Shown in pieces: positions 1-4,887 of a DNA stretch of 38,717 bases (position 1 is the stretch's first letter; the number at the start of each line of letters is the position of its first letter). The position numbers and the translations under genes were made by a program. The notes under the pieces are model-generated. The model did no database searches, was not told the origin of the DNA, and saw nothing but the letters and a program-made list of their open reading frames with translations. The DNA is taken from IMG/VR virus record IMGVR_UViG_3300029671_000007, one strand, 5' to 3'. Source of the DNA: a virus.

Positions 1-14
1 TATAGATTTTTTGG

Positions 15-42
15 GTGGGTTCAAATCCCTCCTTCTGCGCCA
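15..42 (+). other. tRNA-Ser-like 3' fragment (T-arm, acceptor 3' strand, discriminator G, CCA) inside the att repeat
   Basis: GTGGG-TTCAAAT-CCCTC, then CTTCTGC-G-CCA. From memory this closely resembles Firmicute tRNA-Ser 3' ends (GAGGGTTCAAATCCCTCCTTCTCCGCCA). The T-stem has one T-T mismatch and no 5' half is present, so it is a fragment and not a gene. Confidence 0.55.
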
Positions 43-47
43 GAATG

Positions 48-84
48 AAAACCCCGTAGCTGTAATGGCTGCGGGGTTTTCTCT
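48..84 (+). terminator. Intrinsic terminator downstream of the tRNA-like fragment
   Basis: A 9-bp stem, 52-60/68-76 (CCCCGTAGC/GCTGCGGGG), with one G-U pair that only works on the + strand. Loop TGTAATG, followed by TTTTCTCTT. Confidence 0.6.
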
Positions 85-168
85 TACTCTCCCAATGGAT
101 TGAGGATTCCAAAAACAAAGATTTTGATTCCGATCTAGAAGGCCGGAAACCGCTTCCGTGAGCAGAAA

Positions 169-192
169 TTACACACGGATTACACACGCGGA
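169..192 (+). promoter_or_regulatory. Tandem TTACACACGG(A) repeats; candidate integrase or Xis arm-type sites
   Basis: TTACACACGGA (169-179) is directly followed by TTACACACGCGGA (180-192). The near-identical tandem TTGCACACGGA occurs twice at 38566-38588, on the other side of the att core. Confidence 0.4.
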
Positions 193-213
193 ATACCGTG
201 CTGGATATGAACG

Positions 214-241
214 CAGAAAACCCGCCCCATAGCGGGGCGGG
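214..241 (-). terminator. Intrinsic terminator of the leftward accessory operon (distal)
   Basis: An 8-bp GC stem, 221-228/234-241 (CCCGCCCC/GGGGCGGG). On the minus strand it is followed by TTTTCTGCG. Confidence 0.55.
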
Positions 242-280
242 TAGTATCTAAGTTAGCATCCGGCGCGGCGGAGGCCTCCA

Positions 281-317
281 CCGGAAAAGAAAAGAGAGCC
301 TACTTAGTAAGCTCTCT
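281..317 (-). terminator. Intrinsic terminator of the leftward accessory operon (proximal)
   Basis: Stem 293-299/311-317 (AGAGAGC/GCTCTCT) plus an inner TAC/GTA pairing. On the minus strand it is followed by CTTTTCTTTTCC. Confidence 0.5.
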
Positions 318-415
318 CTTCTTGCCGTATTAATATACATATCTATATTTCAATCCGTGGGGCCAGGGTCGAGGCCCACCAGAAAGCTGCGCCTCAGCCT
401 CCCGACGCTTTTATA

Positions 416-679
416 TTACACCTCGCGGCGGCCTTTGTCAACTCCCAGGTCAATAGCGGATTTGAGCAGAGACATAACCTCTCCGATATGCTGGGCAGGG
501 TACTTGCTCCACCAATCATCCGGGATAAAGTCCACCAGCTCGGCACAAGTGTCAGGGTAGGCTCTCCAGCCGCTACACTCTTTTGCTTGTTCAACTTTTA
601 GCGCCGACCGGCGCTCTTCGGCGGTTAGCCCCTCATAGGCTTCGCGGGTGAATACCTCTTTAGCAGTCAGCTTTTTCAT
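416..679 (-). CDS. Hypothetical protein, 87 aa (MKKLTAKEV...)
   Basis: Internal ATG of track ORF 416..793, preceded by the SD GAAGGGAG. It is the last gene of the leftward operon. I recognise no domain. Confidence 0.7.
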   Translation of the reverse strand: MKKLTAKEVFTREAYEGLTAEERRSALKVEQAKECSGWRAYPDTCAELVDFIPDDWWSKYPAQHIGEVMSLLKSAIDLGVDKGRREV

Positions 680-716
680 GGTTTGTTCTCCCTTCTCCCC
701 TGCGCGGGGCCTCCAT

Positions 717-752
717 TGTGTTGATTGTAGCATCTGTGTTGATTGTAGCATC
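717..752. repeat. Perfect 18-bp tandem duplication (TGTGTTGATTGTAGCATC x2), intergenic
   Basis: 717-734 is identical to 735-752. It lies between the stop of the 148-aa gene (781) and the start of the 87-aa gene (679). Confidence 0.9.
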
Positions 753-780
753 CCATGGCGCGTCTGGCAAGGGGGGGAAG

Positions 781-1227
781 TTATCTCTCCCACGCCTTGC
801 GCTCAATATCCACGTTGAGCTTGATGCCGGGGCGGGACCTTTGCAGCGCCTCAAACGCCTTCAAGGCCTCACGGCGCTGCGTGCCGGGGTAGGTGGTGCT
901 CTCCTCCGCCTCCTCGTGCCCATCTTGGTACACGCGGACCAGAGCGACAGTATAGGTGACGTGCTTGTCATACCAGCCGCGATGGCGCACAAGGTCCAGC
1001 CGGTACTCGTAGGGCGTGGCCGCCAGGGTAGCATATCGGGCCGCAAGCGCCTGCCGGTAGCCCTCCAGGGCCTCGGCGGTCTCACGCAGCCGCTTGATGG
1101 TCTCCGCCGCGCTCCGGTCATAGTAGGCCACGCGCTCCGGGGCGGTCAGCTGGTCCGGGTGCTGGAAGTATCCAGACACCCGGACCTCGGCCTCACGACC
1201 CCGCCAAAACAGGTCCTGCCAACTCAT
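781..1227 (-). CDS. Hypothetical protein, 148 aa (MSWQDLFW...)
   Basis: The start forms an ATGA overlap with the stop of the J-domain gene, which suggests translational coupling. I recognise no domain. Confidence 0.75.
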   Translation of the reverse strand: MSWQDLFWRGREAEVRVSGYFQHPDQLTAPERVAYYDRSAAETIKRLRETAEALEGYRQALAARYATLAATPYEYRLDLVRHRGWYDKHVTYTVALVRVYQDGHEEAEESTTYPGTQRREALKAFEALQRSRPGIKLNVDIERKAWER

Positions 1228-1712
1228 GCTGTCGCCTCGTCCAACCGGATGGCGCCGCTGCTGCGGTAGGTCTGGCTGCCGTACTTCGCGCGGATCTGGC
1301 TCATGGAGCTCTTGCCGCGATGCCAGCGGTGGCCGTCCTCGGCGTGGTGCCAGTACCAAAGCTTCTTCGTGCTGCTCCAGCGGCACCCGGCCGCCTTCAA
1401 CGCCTCTTTGTGCTCCCTGGTGTTGCCGCCGATCCAGAGCCAGGAGCCGCACAGCTCCACCTCCAGGCCGTCCAGACGGAGCAGCGCCGCGATGATGTCC
1501 CGGAACTCCTCTGGCGTCTCGGTGGTCTGGTGGTGCTCGTCGGCGGTGGCGTTATGGGCCCGCTTCAGCTGCTCGAAGAGCTCGTCGTGCTCCGCGTTGA
1601 TGGCCTGCATGGTGGCTGTGTCGCCGCCCACGTCCGGGTGGTGTTTCATGCAGAGTAGCCGGTAAGCCCTCTTCAGCTCGTCCAGGGTCTTGACGTTGGA
1701 AAAGTATTTCAT
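1224..1712 (-). CDS. J-domain (DnaJ-like co-chaperone) protein with a Trp-rich C-terminal domain, 162 aa
   Basis: N-terminal J-domain with the HPD motif (YRLLCMKHHPDVGG). The C-terminal domain reads CGSWLWIGGNT...KKLWYWHH. The SD is GGAGGGGAG. Confidence 0.9.
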   Translation of the reverse strand: MKYFSNVKTLDELKRAYRLLCMKHHPDVGGDTATMQAINAEHDELFEQLKRAHNATADEHHQTTETPEEFRDIIAALLRLDGLEVELCGSWLWIGGNTREHKEALKAAGCRWSSTKKLWYWHHAEDGHRWHRGKSSMSQIRAKYGSQTYRSSGAIRLDEATA

Positions 1713-1848
1713 GGTGCGCTCCCCTCCGGTCTATTGCTTTTCCCTGCCGGTTGTGTTATAGTGGAGGCGGCCAGATGGCAGGCTCTAACCGCCTCCGCTG
1801 GGTCTTAGATAGTCGCTTGCTTGTTCAGGGCTGGGCGGCTATCTTTTT

Positions 1849-1980
1849 TTACTGCTTGGGAATGGCTTCCCGGATAATGCGGGCCGCGTCCTGCGCGTCC
1901 TTAGCCGTGGCCTCTACCAGCTTCGCCAGGGTTTCAAGATAGGATGCTAACTCGGTCTGGGTCATGCTATCAATCTCCAT
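1849..1980 (-). CDS. Small hypothetical protein, 43 aa (MEIDSMTQTELASYLETL...)
   Basis: Below the ORF-track size cut-off. It has a strong SD (GGAGGTAAACGAA before the ATG) and is the first ORF downstream of the leftward promoter. Confidence 0.55.
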   Translation of the reverse strand: MEIDSMTQTELASYLETLAKLVEATAKDAQDAARIIREAIPKQ

Positions 1981-2037
1981 TTCGTTTACCTCCTGCCAGG
2001 TGGATTCCGCTTGGCTGTTGTCCCTTGCGGTGATTTC

Positions 2038-2066
2038 ATGATAGCACGGTTATACAGTGCTGTCAA
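2038..2066 (-). promoter_or_regulatory. Sigma70-like promoter of the leftward accessory operon
   Basis: On the minus strand: TTGACA (2066-2061), a 17-nt spacer, then TATCAT (2043-2038). The spacer is occupied by operator A. Confidence 0.6.
2045..2059. promoter_or_regulatory. Operator A (CACGGTTATACAGTG), imperfect palindrome
   Basis: Its reverse complement matches operator B (2114-2128) at 13 of 15 positions. The half-sites are CAC(G/T)GT. Confidence 0.5.
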
Positions 2067-2113
2067 TTAGACTTGTTGCACAAGGTTCTTTGGGCGGTTT
2101 TGTGGAAACTATA

Positions 2114-2150
2114 CACTGTTAAACCGTGAAAAGACATGATACAATATAAT
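2114..2150 (+). promoter_or_regulatory. Operator B (2114-2128, CACTGTTAAACCGTG) plus the rightward promoter of the RHH gene
   Basis: There is an extended -10 TGATACAAT (2137-2145) and an overlapping TATAAT (2145-2150). Operator B covers the -35 position. GGAGG and the ATG at 2173 follow. Confidence 0.5.
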
Positions 2151-2172
2151 AAAGATTTCGGGAGGTGATCAC

Positions 2173-2367
2173 ATGGTAACCTCGGCAAAACGCAAGAGCA
2201 ATAACGCATGGGACAAGGCCAATATGACGGTACTAGGGTGTAAGGTGCGCAAGGACTACGCCGACCGTGTGCGGGCAGTCTGCGCCGCTCACGGGGACAC
2301 TGTTAACGCCTTATTACGGGACGCACTGGATAAGTATTTAGAAGAGCACGAAGAGCGAAAGTCATAA
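2173..2367 (+). CDS. Ribbon-helix-helix (Arc/CopG-like) DNA-binding protein, 64 aa
   Basis: The N-terminal basic strand followed by two helices (ADRVRAVCAAHGDTVNALLRDALDKYLEEHE) is typical of small RHH regulators. The SD is GGAGGTG. Confidence 0.7.
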   Translation: MVTSAKRKSNNAWDKANMTVLGCKVRKDYADRVRAVCAAHGDTVNALLRDALDKYLEEHEERKS

Positions 2368-2441
2368 CTTTTTGAGGAAATTAGTCTGCCTAACTGTCAC
2401 ATAACACTAAGTCTTAAATGACCAAAAATAAAAAATTTTTG

Positions 2442-2478
2442 AATCCGCTATCTGTTGCAGTACAATAGATAGCGGATT
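2442..2478. terminator. Perfect 12-bp hairpin in an AT-rich spacer (bidirectional terminator or packaging-site candidate)
   Basis: AATCCGCTATCT (2442-2453) pairs with AGATAGCGGATT (2467-2478). It is flanked by A/T runs (AAAAAATTTTTG upstream, TTACTTT downstream) and lies 100 bp upstream of terS. Confidence 0.5.
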
Positions 2479-2579
2479 TACTTTAGCGTAATGTATTTTA
2501 CAAAACGCGATTTTCGATCGATCTCCTGGATAGGAGCAGAGGCTCACAGGTTAAGGGCGAAAGGAGGCGCACCAGCCAC

Positions 2580-2975
2580 ATGTATAAAACAGATAAGCAG
2601 AGAGCGGCGGAGGGGAAACCATCATACTACACCGCCCCGGAGCTGGACGCAGCTTGTGCCGCCTACTTTGAGGACTGCGACGCCAATGGCCGGCAGCCTA
2701 CCAAGCCTGGACTCCTTCTCCATCTTGGGGTGACGGAGAAGGAGTGGAAAGTTTGGGAGGCGGGGGAGCCTGGATATACCAGACACCCGGCGATCTGCCA
2801 AAAAGCGTTGCTGGAAATGCGCGACCGACTGGAGCAGCGCAAGGACACGGCGGCTATATTCCTACTCAAGCAAAAGCCGTATGGAGGCTATACAGACCGG
2901 CCAGAGCCGGATAGTGTAGGCGGAATAAAGATCCACGTTTCATTCGGCAAGGATAAGCCCAACTCAACAAAATAG
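2580..2975 (+). CDS. terS: Terminase small subunit, 131 aa
   Basis: The pattern YF..C......PTKPGLLLHLGV...LLKQKPYGGYTD is typical of phage TerS HTH-type proteins. It is the first gene of the packaging module. The SD is AAGGAGG. Confidence 0.7.
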   Translation: MYKTDKQRAAEGKPSYYTAPELDAACAAYFEDCDANGRQPTKPGLLLHLGVTEKEWKVWEAGEPGYTRHPAICQKALLEMRDRLEQRKDTAAIFLLKQKPYGGYTDRPEPDSVGGIKIHVSFGKDKPNSTK

Positions 2976-3276
2976 TGATTCTATTGAGTTGAACGAGGAG
3001 GCAAACCATTGCGGCGCAATGAGTGAGAGGCTTTGCATACTGTATTCGCAATATGCAGTCTTCAGACCACAATATATGGGGGTGTCTGCACGGGCTGCAC
3101 TGCATGGATAACCAGCGCCCCAGGGCGTGCAGGTGAGCGAGGGAGCAGGGGAGAGGGGAGGCCCTACCCCCGCCCCGCCCCCACCCGGTACGGGGGTAGC
3201 GGAAAATCGGGGGTGCCTTTCCAGGAAGGGTATAGGGGTATCACCGCTTTCACCAAACGCCTCCAAAGCATTACAC

Positions 3277-3350
3277 AGGGGATTCGCCAAGCGGTAAGGT
3301 ATGAGGTTTTGGCCCTCATATCGCAGGTTCGATTCCTGCATCCCCTGCCA
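3277..3350 (+). tRNA. tRNA-Gln: tRNA-Gln (anticodon UUG), 74 nt with encoded CCA
   Basis: Manual cloverleaf. Acceptor AGGGGAT/ATCCCCT. D-arm GCC-AAGCGGTAA-GGT. Anticodon stem TGAGG/CCTCA with loop TTTTGGC. Variable loop TATC. T-arm GCAGG-TTCGATT-CCTGC. Discriminator G, then CCA. It is close to bacterial tRNA-Gln. Confidence 0.9.
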
Positions 3351-3371
3351 CCGGCGTGAGCCGGACTTTTC
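3351..3371 (+). terminator. Small hairpin plus T-run immediately after the tRNA
   Basis: CCGGC-GTGA-GCCGG (GNRA loop), followed by ACTTTTC. Confidence 0.4.
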
Positions 3372-4623
3372 CCGCATCCTCCTTTTCTACCGCCCGGCGC
3401 CGAGGCGGTAATATCGGGCCCCTACGCTGCACGGCTGAAAACCACCCGATAAACTGGGCGGAGGGTCGCGCCCTCCATGCGGCAAATGACTGTGGAGAGA
3501 CACTATACCGGGAAGCCTAGAGCGTCTGACGGCCCCGGAGAAGGGGCATGACGCCCGCCTGTCATGGAGGCGGAAGCGGTGGCAGCTATGACCTGCCCCG
3601 GCGCTATCCCACTGAAAACTGCCCTGCGAGTGGCTAATCATGATGTCGCCGCCGAGACCAGGGTGTGACAATCTAAGCGGGAAGCGCACAAAAAGTTGCA
3701 AAAATGGGATGGTGTAAAGTGAGTGGTGTACTCATAATCATTGCAGAACTTATCTGCCTTGTTCTTATGGTTGTAAATGCTTATTTAGCTTTCAAAGCAA
3801 AGCAGAAAGACGACCTTAATGGAATGGTTTGGAATTTGGCATTTATGATCCTAATGAGCACTTGTATTAGATAACCAAAAATATGCCGAGTGCTGTAGCA
3901 GAAGCGCCTGCGGCGGCCCGTTACGTCGCGGACGTGTGGCGGCTCAATGCCGCCTCTCGGCTCCAAACGCAGATGGAAAGCAAAAGAGGCACTGCGCGAT
4001 TAAATTAAATGCCAATGGGCGGCTGGACAACCTACTGTCCGCCATATGCCGCTCCTCGCCGCATGAGGCGGGCGGTGGCACCAGATGTATGGCACCACAG
4101 GTTAAAAGCAGACGGGCCTTCCTTGTGCGCTGTGCGAAAGCGGCAAGGCGAAGAAAATTATTGTTGGCTGACCCCGGCTCTATAAAGATGAACGGTTCCG
4201 ACTGACGACACCAGCGGAGGGGTTGAGATGTACCGTGATTATCAAGGCTGTTCCTATGGATGGAGTATGTGAGGTGAGGATGGAAAGGTGTGGCAACGTA
4301 GACCGACCAGCGGTGTCTAAGCGTCAGTAGCAGAAACGGAAATAGGTTGCTGATTGTAATACAGCCTTGATGATTGTGATGTGATCCCGCATAGCGGGTT
4401 ACATACCATTGAGCGGTGGCGGAACAGACACTAATTGTGGTAAAGCTGGTGCGATTACCAGCAATAGTAGACGCTGACAGTGAAGAAGAGTAACCGTCTG
4501 TGAAGAACAAAGCAACAGCGGCGAAGTCGTGGGCGTAGAGCTTTGGTGAGGCCCATATGTGAGGTGCAAATCCTCACCCGCTCAAATTTGCCGCCCCGCA
4601 GTTGCAGGAGACGGGGGCGGGGG
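3372..4623 (+). ncRNA. Candidate large structured non-coding RNA(s), ROOL/GOLLD-class or novel; boundaries uncertain
   Basis: There is no credible CDS apart from a doubtful 56-aa AT-rich ORF. GC-rich hairpins are dense. Long-range pairings include 4241-4251/4361-4371 (11 bp, extended by G-U pairs valid only on the + strand) and 4409-4416/4578-4585, stacked on a T-arm-like hairpin at 4559-4577. A terminal hairpin lies at 4591-4620. Confidence 0.35.
3704..3874 (+). CDS. Possible small hydrophobic protein, 56 aa with two predicted TM segments, in an AT-rich island
   Basis: MGWCKVSGVLIIIAELICLVLMVVNAYLAFKAKQKDDLNGMVWNLAFMILMSTCIR. By eye the region is about 36% GC within flanks above 60% GC. There is no convincing SD. 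Confidence 0.3.
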   Translation: MGWCKVSGVLIIIAELICLVLMVVNAYLAFKAKQKDDLNGMVWNLAFMILMSTCIR

Positions 4624-4653
4624 TACTACAAAACAGGGGGTGGGGATGTTTTC

Positions 4654-4827
4654 ATGGCAGACCCGAAAATTTCAAAACAGAGAGCTGTGGTTCAGGGCGG
4701 ATGGGTATTGTGTCCGGTGACCTGGGCCAAGATCGGGGCGCTGGAGAAGGGTGCCCACGGGAGCGGGGTGGCTCCCTACTGCCCCAAGTGCAAGGCATCC
4801 CATCCGGTGATATTGAAAGAGCCCTAG
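4654..4827 (+). CDS. Small Cys-rich protein, 57 aa, resembling the Cys-rich KTR family
   Basis: Internal ATG of track ORF 4543..4827, with a G-rich SD (GGGGGTGGGG). WVLCPV...APYCPKCK...ILKEP resembles, from memory, the WILCPVCG...LYCPKCK...VIKEP consensus, but the first CxxC is degenerate (CPVTW). Confidence 0.55.
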   Translation: MADPKISKQRAVVQGGWVLCPVTWAKIGALEKGAHGSGVAPYCPKCKASHPVILKEP

Positions 4828-4887
4828 AGGCCAACTACCGAGGAAAACTCGGCGGTTGGCCTCTTTTCGTTTGTCTGGAGGTAGGTT

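Larger units (their letters stand above)
1..99 (+). repeat. 99-bp terminal direct repeat, copy 1 (attL, or the attP region duplicated by a circular-assembly overlap)
   Basis: Bases 1-99 are identical to 38619-38717. The repeat contains a tRNA 3'-end mimic (15-42) and a hairpin terminator (48-84). An integrase gene ends 14 bp before copy 2. Confidence 0.9.

Noticed and set aside
2976-3276. A possible sigma70 promoter for the tRNA or RNA region (TTCGCA-17-CACAAT, about 3045-3073).
   Set aside because: It matches only 4 of 6 positions in each hexamer. That is too weak to call, and transcription may simply read through from terS.
3585-3640. Strings reminiscent of the cobalamin riboswitch B12 box (GACCTGCC) and CCACTG.
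   Set aside because: The order and spacing do not fit the riboswitch consensus. The rest of the core (GGGAA...GGTG.AA..CC) is absent, and no downstream transporter or biosynthesis gene is present.
3944-4510. A 188-aa minus-strand ORF, and the 137-aa ORF 2964-3377, inside the terS-terL gap.
   Set aside because: Neither has an SD. Both use alternative starts and have non-protein-like Ser/His/Arg/Leu composition. ORF 2964-3377 runs straight through the tRNA-Gln gene. Both are better explained as chance ORFs in structured non-coding DNA. tblastx could still reveal a decayed gene.
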